A stretch of 63,498 nucleotides of DNA, the filler included, from Patellaria atrata CBS 101060 (Eukaryota): the NCBI GenBank assembly GCA_010093705.1. It is 6 parts of 6 records of this genome, joined end to end, with 100 filler letters (N's around TTAATTAATTAA, not from the genome) between each part and the next. Parts side by side here need not be neighbours in the genome. Positions count along the whole stretch, not along the records: positions 49,371 to 62,074 come from MU006114.1; 5 more parts are not named here. The stretch is one strand, 5' to 3'. The notes under the pieces are model-generated. The model did not search any database. It saw nothing but the letters and a program-made list of their open reading frames with translations, and was not told the DNA's origin. This document shows positions 51,183-62,174 of the stretch, one piece after another (position 1 is the first letter of the stretch; each line of letters opens with the position of its first letter). Position numbers and translations under genes: made by a program.

Positions 51183-52265
51183 TTAACACAACACCACATC
51201 CCCAACAACACACCTGTGGTCGCTACTATAAATGCCTTGCTCGAAAAAATTAGGAAGTACTCCGCAACCCTCTACCTTCCAGACGCACTTCTGAGGCTTC
51301 TTCTCAACTGTCTCGCTGGATCTGTTATCCTCTACCCGGCAAACAGCGTCCTCCGGTCTAAGCCATAAAAAGTTGATCCTCCCCTGCTCATCTTTATCCT
51401 GGTCTGGCCGAAAAGCGGTAAAGGTCATCTCGTTCCCGTACCGTGATTCGGGGCCAACCGAGTCTCGAAGATCGTGCATAAGACCACTGGACTTCATCGC
51501 GAGATATGCTTCTTGAGTTGGGAAAGAATTGAAGTCGCCTGCCGGGAAAACTTGGAGGCCTCGTTCATTTATTCGCTCTTCGCTTCGTCTAGCCCACTCC
51601 CTCCTCACGCGTGTTATTGTCTTCAATATTACATCCACACTTTTTCGTCGACTGGTAGAGCCAGCATTGTCCAAATGCGTATTACACGCCAATAGAAGTC
51701 TTCGACTGGCCTTGTGTTTGAATACGGCAAGCGTCAAGATGCGAATGCTGCCTGCATCCCAGCCCCTGCTTGGGGTATCAGGGGTCGGGCTCAGCCAGAC
51801 GGTCTCGTTGTGCAGGAGCTCATATACTTTTATAGGATAAATTATAGGACCGTATTCTCCTTTCCGCTTGCCATCATCACGGGCTACACCAACATGTGCC
51901 CATATAGGGTCGACTGCAGGATCCGACGATGCAGAGTCCTTGGAAGCCTCTGAGCCGTTCAGTCCATCTCGAATGTTAACAAGCTGGACGTGTAGAACTT
52001 CTTGTAGGCATATAAATGCTTAACCGGCATTTACCGGGCTAGATTGGAGTGAACTGTTGAGGAAACGGGTTTCGTGTTTTAATTGACTGAGGACGAGTGG
52101 ATAACGCTCTGGCCATGGTCTCTCGTTGCGGAAGAGCTCTAAAGCCGCATTGTGAATATTTTAAGTTAGGATGCGAATTTGTAAGGTAGTCTACGCCTTG
52201 GAAGGTGTCTAGAATGGACGGATGGGCGTGCTGAGCACCGATTGAAACGCATTCCGGATTTGCAT
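51183..52265 (-). pseudogene. endonuclease/exonuclease/phosphatase (EEP) family pseudogene
   Basis: One frame carries IRILT*NI, ICLQEV, GVARDDG...GEY, WLSPTP...GWDA, NTHLD, AGDFNS, RINF (for RIDF) and SDH. Four in-frame stops in the N-terminal third. Confidence 0.85.
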
Positions 52266-53035
52266 AATGGCGAAGATTTTGAGATTTACTGAAGATAGAG
52301 TACGTAAATGTTATCTTGTCATCAAGAAGGCTGCCTGGAGTGAAGTATTATCAGGCACGGGCCGTGTGTAAGTTAGAACTACTTGCCAGCGATTCAACAG
52401 GCACTGTATGACTGGTTCGATAGAATGAGAATCTAGAGGTCATTAAATTCTTATTGGATACCTTCCCCAACGAGGTGATGGCTATTCGAAAGCAGCTGGA
52501 TCTCAGATGAGGATATTGAATACTTCTTGAGTCGAGATAAGATCACTATTTTGCCACACGAAATGGGATGTTTATTATCGCTCATTTCTTCGCGGCTAGC
52601 ATTTCGGTGCCATGGCTGTCTGAGGTAGGGGAATACCGGGTCGCTTGCTTTAAGTTTTATTCTGCGTGTTTTGCGTGTTTTGCGTGTTTTCGTCCGTTTC
52701 GTCTGTTTTGCCGGTTTAATCTTGTTGTTGTGTTGTTTCTTTCAAAAATTTATTAATTATATCTGACTTTAGTCTAGTTAGCTTGCTGTATTTAGATAGT
52801 ACCTTCGAAGCTTCGAACTTGATTATGTTCCGCTGGTGTGATACAACGGTGTCGTTCAGAAAAGGATCTTCCCCGGCTAAACGCCGGGGATAAGTGGCAG
52901 TTTAGTTTAACTGATGCTTTGTGCAAGTACCGTTCATACTCGCAATTCAATAGAACTATGGCTGGAGAATTCCGTGCATGCTCGAAGAAAGCTTTAATTT
53001 TCGCTTAATGTCATCGTGACAACCTAATATCTGTA

Positions 53036-54531
53036 ACGTAGGTTATAAGCGAGTCGCCAGTACAAGCGAGTCGCCAGTACAAGCGAGTCGCCAGTACAAG
53101 CGAGTCGCCAGCCCAACAACTTTCTACACCATCCTCACTATTAACATCAATAGCTCAACCATGTATTACTCAATCAAGCTATCAAGAAGCAGATATTATT
53201 CTTGCTATCTCCTCTATTAAGAACAAATAGATTAAGAGCGCTAACTGTGCTGCTTCAACGTACAATGTCCCTCGATCAACACTCCGTGACCGACGCGCTG
53301 GGAAGCTAATAAGACGTGATTGCCAGCCGAACTCTAAGAAGCTCACCCAGCTAGAGGAGGAGGTAGTAGTCAAGCATATACTACAGTTGGATACGCGTGG
53401 ATTTTCGCCTACATACAATGCTGTACGAGATATGGCTAATCTACTACTCGCTCGGCGTGGTGGCTCTCCTATTGGCATCCCTGGCCACGCAACTTTGTGA
53501 AGCGGACAGACAGTCTTAAGACGCGTTTCAACCGGCCTTATGATAGGCAGAGAGCCTTATGTGAGGATCCAGGGCTTATCAGCAGCTGGTTTGAGCTTGT
53601 ACAGCACACAAAAGCTACGTACGGTATCTGCGATGAGGATATCTACAACTTTGACGAAGCTGGCTTCTTGATGGGCAAGATCATGACTCAGCTTGTTGTG
53701 ACTGGGTCAGAGAGGCGAGGCCGGCCAAAGGCTATTCAGCCAGGCAATCGCGAGTGGGTGACAGTGATCCAAGGAATCAACGCTGCTGGATGGGGTATCC
53801 CACCATTTATCATCTTTGCTAGTCAGCACCACCTGTCTGCCTGGTACGAGGAGGAGGATATACCACAAGACTGGGCTATCGCAGTCAGCGACAATGGCTG
53901 AACTACCAACGAACTTGGAGTTGCCTGGCTAAAGCACTTCATTAAGCATACAGAGACCCAGGTGGTAGGCGCACGTCGGCTGCTTATCCTTGATGGCCAT
54001 GAGAGCCACCACTCACTTGAGTTTCAAGCCCTCTGCAAGGAGAACAATATCTATACGCTCTGCATGCCACCTCATTCATCCCACCTGCTGCAACCACTTG
54101 ATGTTGGCTGCTTCTCGCCATTGAAGCGCGCATATAGCCGTCAGGTTGAAGCCTTGAGAAAGCGAATGAGGCAGCTACAAAGCGTAGGCAGCGTAAGAAG
54201 AAGAGAATACAGAAGCAGGGGACCTTAACAAAGGGAGATGGAGAGGATATACTTGCTCAAAGAGAGGCTACGCAGCAGGTAGAGCGTAAAAGGCGTCAAG
54301 GAGGAGCGCAGTCAGGCCAAAGCCGACAAGCTCTTACACGCTGTAGCCGCTGCAAAGAACCTGGCCATAACTCACGTACATACAGGAAAGATACTCTCGA
54401 TACTACTTAATCTATAACAGTAATATATATACAATACTTTAATGGGTTGTTGAGTTATACGCTTGTGGAGGTGCAGAAAGTTGCTGGGGCTGGCGTCTCG
54501 CTTGTACTGGCGACTCGCTTATAACCTACGT
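53036..54531 (+). mobile_element. Fot1/pogo element with both TIRs and TA TSD; internally deleted, non-autonomous (1496 bp)
   Basis: TA|ACGTAGGTTATAAGCGAGTCGCCAGTAC...GTACTGGCGACTCGCTTATAACCTACGT|TA. Transposase from ATG 53161 has a stop, a frameshift near 53478, TGA at 53899 and a jump from AYSRQVEAL to the C-terminal KRRQRKKKR / CSRCKEPGHNSRT part. Confidence 0.95.
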
Positions 54532-54855
54532 TACTCCGTAATGTTATTAGCGTAGATACTAAAGCGTATCATTTTCCGTCCCGTGCGAGAGGACAGTCTC
54601 AGGGCGTCCTTGTAGAACTACTTAGGTTCAGTTTGGAAAGGTCTGTGCATGGGTCTGTGCGCAGGTCCATGCGACCCTTCAGCCTGGAGCTGCCTTTTTT
54701 AAGGTGCTCCACGAAATTGAAGCACTGATTCAGTGGCTGAATTTACAAACAGCGTTCATGGGTATTCGAAACTGAATTCTGATCGAAGTGGAGCATTAGA
54801 AACCATCCCTCCTCAGTCGTCGTGCCAGCGCTTACCTGTGTACAACACAGACATC

Positions 54856-55217
54856 ATGGTTATAACGGTGGCATCAACCAAGGAAGAAGTCCAACATTTA
54901 CTCGGATGTAATGGTCATCAATGGAAGCAATTTCTAGTAAGTATTAAAATCAGTGTGTCTCAAAGGCCATTATTAAGTCTAATCCCTAAGTCTATTACGA
55001 GGGATGAAGCGGACGCTCTTATATTTGGTGGCGATAGATATTGGGCGGATATTGGGTTTTCCTTCGAGGATTAGAGATGGGATGACTCTCGTTCTAAGAT
55101 CCCTTCGTGGAATAAGATCCCCTTATTAGTATAAAGGAACTTTATCAACCACGTTAACAAGATTCTTAGTAGTGAAGGCTTAAAATCCTGGAATGCCAAT
55201 ATTACAGGCTAGCGTAT
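54856..55217 (+). pseudogene. 5' fragment of an unidentified intron-containing gene, with stops, truncated by an LTR
   Basis: MVITVASTKEEVQHLLGC...WKQFL, intron GTAAGT..CTAAG (~54937-54990), SITRDEAD...ED*RW...IPSWNKIP. Confidence 0.35.
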
Positions 55218-55790
55218 TGTTACAACGGGAGTCTATACTTATCGAGACAGAGCAGGATAAGTCTAGAAACGCGCCTGGCTTCTCACTTAACGTGGTCAAC
55301 CACTAGGGTAGGTTTGGCAAAGTGATAGGATACGTATAACAAAGGCACTTCAAGTTGACGACACAACTTGCTGACTCCTTGACTTCAGGTAATGCTCACA
55401 ATGAGACAAGACGTACTGTATGGAAACAGCGTAACAAATGAAGTCAAGTTCAAAACCGTAACATCCAAATCTATGGGTAAGATTGATGGTAAGAATAACT
55501 ACGAAGAATCTAAATACATGAGGGAAAGACCGTCCTTAAATATTCATATCCTCCATAGTTCAATTTAGTCGTTTCATACTTTTGGACGTAGTGGACGTTC
55601 TGGACGTAACATTTCTCTTACGTCCACTGACTTTGGGCGTGGTGGACGTTCTGGACGTAACATCTCTCTTGCGTCCACTGCGTCCACGTCACGTGATCTC
55701 GCTACTGGCCCTTTCCGCAGTTGTGCCGTGTGGTCCTCCCTTCTCCCCCACTTGCCAACTACATGCTCCTTACGATCTGTGGCCGTAACA
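55218..55790 (-). mobile_element. solo LTR, Gypsy family A (573 bp), non-matching flanks
   Basis: TGTTACAACGGG...GGCCGTAACA; flanks CGTAT / GTTAT. Confidence 0.92.
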
Positions 55791-55900
55791 GTTATACTAG
55801 TTAAATCCAATTCGATTAGCTATAACTACTACGCCGTTATAATAGATTAAGTTTATAACCGGGGCCTCTAGAAAGGCGACATAATATTCTAACTCGGAAA
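55791..55900 (+). mobile_element. 3' part of a family B LTR plus PBS/leader (RIP'd)
   Basis: GTTATACTAGTTAAATCCAATTCGATT...ACGCCGTTATA ATAGATTAAGTT...GAAAGGCGACATAATATTC matches 61879-61980. Confidence 0.8.
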
Positions 55901-55986
55901 AGAGGATTAGGCCTAGCCGATAAATCGACCCCACCAATTAAAGAGCCTATAGGTAGCCGAGTTCTAACACTACGTCGAGTAGATAC

Positions 55987-56267
55987 TATGACGGTATAGT
56001 AGTTGTAGCTAATCGTGATTGATTCTACTAATGTAACCTAACTACAGTGTAAAGAGATTGAGTTGAGGAAAAGAAGTTATCGTAGCCTAGCGGCCCGTCA
56101 ACTCAAAGCACGTCTTGGTAGTCGGCCCGGCTGCCGTCATGCAGCTAATCAGAAGCTAGAGAATCTTTCCCGCGTTTGACCCGGGAAAGATTAATGCAAA
56201 CCTTCCAAACAAAATATGCTAACTGAATAAGGGAAAGTTGGAAATAACAACCTGTGACCTCGTCATT
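55987..56267 (-). mobile_element. family-B-related LTR variant (~280 bp)
   Basis: Shares ACCTAACTACAGTGTAAAGAGATT and AATAAGGGAAAG...CTGTGAC with 44337-44534, and TCTTTCCCGCGTTTGACCCGG with 43763-44034. Confidence 0.75.
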
Positions 56268-56296
56268 GTAAAAATAGAGATTGTAAGTGATATCCT

Positions 56297-56822
56297 TGTT
56301 ACAACGGGAGTCTATACTTATCAAGACAGAACCTGGTAAGTCTAGAAACGCGCAAGGCTTCTCGCTAAACGTGATCCTCCTCCTGTGTCGATAGGGTAGA
56401 TTTCGTAGTGATAAGAAAACAGTATAACGTGTTGCACTTCAAGTTGACGATACAACTTGCTGACTCCTTAACTCAATCACACGGGCTCACAATAGAGACA
56501 AGAGGTACTGTATGGAAACAGAGTAACAAGTATGAGTTAAGTCGTAAACCGTAACATCTAATTTGATGGTAAGATCAATGGTAAGAATAACTACGAAGAA
56601 TCTAAATATATGTGCAAAGGAGCGTCCTTAAGTATTCCTTCTCCCCAGTTATATTTCTGGTTCTGGACGCGCTGGACGTGGAGTCCCTTCTGCGTCCACT
56701 GCGTCCAAACCCTTTGAACGTGTTGGACGTGGATTCCCTTTTACGTCCACTGCGTCCAAGTCACGTGACTTTTATGTCACTGGTTCCTTTCCCGCATTTT
56801 CCTTCGTCCTGTGGCCGTAACA
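56297..56822 (-). mobile_element. solo LTR, divergent family A variant (526 bp), with perfect 5-bp TSD
   Basis: ATCCT|TGTTACAACGGG...GGCCGTAACA|ATCCT. Confidence 0.95.
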
Positions 56823-58358
56823 ATCCTACTGTAAGATCCTTTACCAAGCTCTTATTTTTAGGCTTACAGCCTTCCCTGCAGTAATAACCTTATAGCTGTT
56901 TGATAACCTTCCTCCGCGGCTATTCTCTCCAAACAAGATGTGTTGTATGATGGCGCGTAACAGCGCTGCTAGCTAAAGCAGTCAAAGGAGTCAGGTTACT
57001 GTTGCCTAGCGACAGCAGCACAAGTCCGTCCTCGTACCTTATGGCCGCGCACATATGAAGGATGCTCGCAAGGTAGGTTAATACACAAGTTCCTATTCAT
57101 TTTGCTCATATTAAGGTTAAATCTCGTGAACGTGCGAAGGGCTAGTTTGTCACAGGACACAGGATACAGGCTAGACACGCAGGCACTCGAGCGTATAGAT
57201 CAAGGTTGCGTGGGTTTTCTTCGAAGATTCAGGTGTCAGGTCGACACGGGTTCACATACCCACTTATTCAGGTTATTGCTTTATATTACGCCTCAGAAAG
57301 CACTTCCACACTGCTACCGTAGCACGTATCTTTTCGTGTTTTGTGCACATGGTACAGGCAGTCATTCTCTCTTAGGTCATGCAGAATAGCAATGTTGGCT
57401 ATTTCCTATCTCATCTCTTACATGATAATACATATACTGGTCTAACCTACTTTTTACCTACTGAGCAGTCCCTCACTTTGCCTCTAACAGCACCCTCTTT
57501 CTCATTAACTGGGCCATCACAACTTTAAGGCGGTATGAGACACTTGCTGGATCCTAAATAACTTCTATAGGGTTGGAAAGGAAATGGTCGATACTTAAGA
57601 CAATCATAACGACCGGCGCCACCAAGGGGCTGCACAATTGTAGATCATTCGGGGTAAATCGTTACGGTAAGCAAGCGCCTGTGGAAACACGCGCTCCGAA
57701 ATCAAGAATGCGTTGACCAGCCATAGATTGCGGCGCGGTTGCCCTTGGAAATCTCCATAAGACGGACGTTCCACTGCGGCGTAATTACTTTCAAGTAGGT
57801 TTTCTTCAACTATCTTGATTCATAGGCGCTAATCATTTTCCACTCCATACTGCCGAAAATTGGCTGCCGCGGATGAAGGATCTTGAAATGTCAAGCACGA
57901 GTAAAACGGCGTTTCACCCAAGTTAGTCCATACCAAATCAAAAGAACTCACCAACAAATCCAGCCGGATTAAGCGCGTAGTTTTCATGCCACCTTGCCAA
58001 TGGTATACCAGGCATGATTTTTTTCGGCTAGATGATACCGTCTTGGTAAATCGTAAACGTTGCATGAAAGACGGATCGGGCAGCTCGGTAGCCAACCCAT
58101 TACCAGGGGAAAGGAAACATCACGAAATCTTAGTTCTTCGCACAACCGCGCCGCAATTGAAAATGTGTTTAAACTCGGTATGTATTGAAAGATGGGCTCG
58201 GAAAGAGGCGTGAAGAGGAAAGACCTGTGCTCTGGAAAGCACTATAAATAGGAAACATGAGCAGGCGAATTCCTGTTCCGCAGAAGTATTTCAGACAATA
58301 GTGTCATTCACCATTTACATCGACTTTATATCATAATTAACCCACATTGTACATCAAA

Positions 58359-58896
58359 ATGCCTCGTACGGTGTATATTATTGTATATCACTCTCCTCTC
58401 TTCCCTGCACATTGTGGGATCTAGATTCCCAGTTCAAACAACATAAATGTCGGCAAACTCATTCATGCAACTGGTGACCCTAGAAACGAATTCGAGATCG
58501 CATTCGAGAGAAACTATGACATCCGCAGTACAACCGGTCTTATAGTTTAATCGAGCTTGGCAGAGTGGAGGACCACCTGGTAGTTGACGTTCCTGGGAGT
58601 CGTTCACAGGATCAGACGCCGCATGACTACCTGGAGCGAGTAGCGCTCAGCATTCCTGCTCCAGGCCCAAGTCTGGTACCATCCTCCAGTCAGGTTCGTT
58701 GAATCTATCTCTCCGTTACGGAGCTGCATAAAATTAACACCCAGCTTACACAACAATGTCATTACAGGCACCAAGAGAAAGGGTTCAGATTCAAAACTGC
58801 CAAACCTGGCTCCGGGAAGTGGTAGAGAGCCTTGTGCAGAAAAACGTTATAGGAGAAGAAGCCCTTCAAACTCTTGAGAATGCACCTAAGAACTAA
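58359..58896 (+). pseudogene. DUF6540-like small protein (H...H...NCQxW, permuted papain-like), disrupted; not in ORF track
   Basis: MPRTVYIIVYHSPLFPAHCGI*IPS...GKLIHATGDPRNEFEIAFERNYD, then a frameshift, ...LERVALSIPAPGPSL; intron; last exon IQNCQTWLREVVESLV...APKN*. Confidence 0.7.
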
Positions 58897-59367
58897 GAAA
58901 GAGGCGAGATATGGACTAGCCCATCATGTGAATCAATTTCCGGGCCCGGTGCTTAGAGCGTGCTGTATCTAGCTTTTGGCTGCTTTAGGAGAGAATATAT
59001 TGTCTTTAGTTGTGTTCAGTCGCTACTAGCTCCCATAAACTTTCCTCAATTTCAAGTTATCGGTAAGTCAGTTTTCTATTTATTATTTGTTTTTTGGTTG
59101 TATTCGCTTTCGGCGCATCATCTGTAGCAGGGGAGTTATGCTGCCTAGCATAATGCCATAACAAAAATATAATGTAGTTTCCAAGGGAATATACTGAAAC
59201 GATTACGTTCAAGTTTTGGATTTACGGACATGAGCTGTTATGGCGCTATTAGCTTAGCTTTATCCAATCGCAAGTGCGTGACAATGGAGGGCGTATTACT
59301 GATGTGTACACGCCGCAAAAAATTGGTTAACGTTATGATTCCGAGTTCTCCTTTAGCTTCTATAACC

Positions 59368-60386
59368 TTATACACCACGTGCTAGCACAAAATAGTCCCA
59401 GTAATCGTAAAAGTCATAACGGTCAACAAATAGCGGGAGATACTTGGTCTCCCATTCCGACCCAATTTTCGAAGTCCAGCGGGCCTTGCAGTACTCCCAA
59501 TAATCCGGATACCATCCAGATTGATGCCAATCTATAATTGAGATGATCTGAGGGTCCGGATCACGGGATATGAGAATGTTGCTCGGATGTAAGTCAGCAT
59601 GCGTAAATACGATTGGAACCCCGTCCGGTAAAAAGGAGCGGTATGGATGGGGTGATCGTTCCACTTTAACATGAGCATACGGGCCATAAGCAGTGGAAAA
59701 CCAGTCGTGAAATTCGGATGTGCTTTTGAAGGGGCCTGCCGTTGGAGAACAACTGCTCGTAAAGATGACGTCTAATAGCGGCTGCCGACCCACATGTCCT
59801 ACGTATTGCGTTAGAGAGCGAGATATAGAGTATATAGGTGATTCATAATGGGGTCCGTCCGATATGAAAGGGAAATGGCTGACGAATAGGCCTAAGTAAC
59901 CGTGTTCTTACCAATAAAAGGTTGTGAGAAGTGCTGTTTGAGCGAGCGCCATGCGCTAATCATTTGACGTAGTTGTCCGCATAACGCCTTTCTCTCTTCC
60001 TCAGCCAGATTCTCCCAGCTTGCCTCGAGTGTAATTCCTTCCACGAGTTCCATATATATAAATGTTTGTTCACCGTCTTTGCACCATCCATAAACCTCAG
60101 GAACAGGTACCCGCCCGGAGAGTTGTCTATGAACAAGATGGAGACATTGACCCTCAGCTAGAGTGATTTCACTTCCGTATTTTACTAATAAGCCCAATGG
60201 TTGGAAAATCACTGGTGGCGGCCGCGTGATGAGCTGAGAACACGGGTCAGTTGACTGGCTTGCTATCTGTCTCACCTCCGCTGGACAGGGCAACTCGAGC
60301 GGTGCACCGGGTCGTTTGAAAAAGGACGACTCGCAAAAGGTGACATTCTCGTCACAGGGAAATGGTTGTTCAAGGTTCCCGGCCAT
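59368..60386 (-). CDS. aminoglycoside phosphotransferase / choline kinase-like (APH) protein kinase-like enzyme
   Basis: LLVKYG, VPVPEVYGW, IYMELVEG, FTHADLHPSNILI, IIDWHQSGWYPDYWEY. One intron (~59800-59908). Confidence 0.9.
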
Positions 60387-60498
60387 AGGCGTAGGTCCTG
60401 TGCGAAAGTCATGTTAAGGTAAACGGGGGAACTAGAATAAGTGCAAGGTAGGGTGTGGAAAATCAGAGGAACGTGTCGCGCATTATGGTCTATGAGAG

Positions 60499-60738
60499 TG
60501 TCACAGTCTCATAGAATCCTTCAAACTCACCTATAAACTCACGGACATGGAAGGGACTAAAAGTTAAAAGAAAAATCTAAGGGATAAGGTTAAAGCTAAT
60601 AAATCTTTATTTTATTTATATAAGGAAATATATACTAACCTATCAAAGAAAGGGAAGTGCGTGGCACACGTAGGCTAGTGTCTATTGGTCACGGCTCTCA
60701 AATATCACGTGACTGTTCATGAATGGAAGGCTATAACG
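60499..60738. mobile_element. putative solo LTR of a third family (~240 bp)
   Basis: Starts TGTCACAGTC and ends GGCTATAACG (decayed GGCTGTGACA); flanks GAGAG / GAGAT look like a 5-bp TSD with one change. Confidence 0.5.
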
Positions 60739-60789
60739 GAGATGCTAGTAGACGTGTTAGATATAAGCCTTACTACTAAACTTAGTATT

Positions 60790-61723
60790 AAGGTTAGCCT
60801 TTTACCGTAATAGTATAATCTTATAAGACGGGGTTTACTAAAGTACTATTATATTAGAAATATAAGATCTTTATAAACTTACTAAATCTTATCAATATAT
60901 AATATCTAATTTAGAGATATATATAACGGATTTTATAGCTATTAAATAATCTTAAACTCGCTCTTTAATAACTAGAAAAGTATATTAAATAGTAAAGCTA
61001 TTAAAATATTAATTTTTATAGTAATTAGAGCTAAATATAAATTTAATCTTATATATAATTTAGCTATTATATAGATATTTAAGTAATTTAATTCTATCTA
61101 TCTTTTAATATTATTATCTTAATATATTAGATATAAAAATATTAAAAATAATTAAGATAATTACTTCTTTATTTAATAATTATTTTAAAAAGTATTTAAA
61201 TATATAAGAATATATAGATAATAATATTTATACTTATTAAATAACTAAAAATATATAGATAATAATATTAATATTTATTAAATAATTATTTTAAAGAAAT
61301 AATATTAATAATTAATATAAAATAATAAAAGATATATTTAATTATTCTTTTTATTAAGATTTTTAATTTAATAAAAAAACTTATACTTTAATATACTCTT
61401 TTAAAATATATAAATTTAAGAAGAAGATAAATATTTTAATAATAATCTAATATAATATTTTTACTATTAATTCTTTTTTAATATATTACTTTTAATATTT
61501 ATTAAAACTTTTAAAGATTTATTAATTTTAATTATTTAAGAAAAACTTTATATTTTTAATAAAATAATAATTTAATAAGACTATTAATTAATATATTAAC
61601 TATTTATATCTATTTCACTTTTATATATTAGATAGTTAATCTCTAATAATCTTATATTAAAAGATTATTAAGATCTCTAAAAATTTATATTAAAGATTTT
61701 TAAAGTTAAATATTTAACTTTAA
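60790..61723. repeat. RIP-degraded AT-rich relic
   Basis: AT content rises progressively from ~60790; 40-bp duplication AATATATAGATAATAATATT...ATTAAATAA at ~61209-61288. Confidence 0.6.
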
Positions 61724-61732
61724 TGTTACAAC

Positions 61733-62074
61733 TGTGACGATGTCACAGATTATCATTTCCTACTTTCCCTTATTAGTAGTAGTCGCGCCGAGGTTCTACC
61801 GCTACGTGCTTGATACTAGTAGATCGCGCGACTATAACTTCTTCTTTCCTTAACTTAATCTCTTTACACTGTAGTTAGGTTATACTAGTTGCAATCCAAT
61901 TCGATTCTCTACAACCGCTACGCCGTCACATTAGATTAAGTTCTACCACCACGGCCTTGGAAAGGCGACATAATATTCCAACCCGGTGCTTGAGAGTATC
62001 AAGACCGAAGACCACGAGTTTATCCGGCACCTGAGAGTATCAGGACCGACGACAACGAGAGAAACCCGGTGCTT
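61733..62074 (+). mobile_element. Gypsy family B 5' LTR (61733-61930) + self-complementary PBS + tandemly repeated leader
   Basis: TGTGACG...CGTCACA, then TTAGATTAAGTT; leader repeats CCGGTGCTTGAGAGTATCAAGACCGA / CCGGCACCTGAGAGTATCAGGACCGA. Confidence 0.9.
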
Positions 62075-62174
62075 NNNNNNNNNNNNNNNNNNNNNNNNNN
62101 NNNNNNNNNNNNNNNNNNTTAATTAATTAANNNNNNNNNNNNNNNNNNNNNNNNNNNNNNNNNNNNNNNNNNNN

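Noticed and set aside
53047..53111. CRISPR-like regularly repeated 17-mers
   Set aside because: No spacers, eukaryotic context, and mirrored in the opposite TIR: these are Fot1 subterminal repeats.
56860..56945. Ankyrin-like peptide on the - strand (IAAEEGYQTAIRLLLQG)
   Set aside because: Single short match flanked by stops; insufficient evidence.
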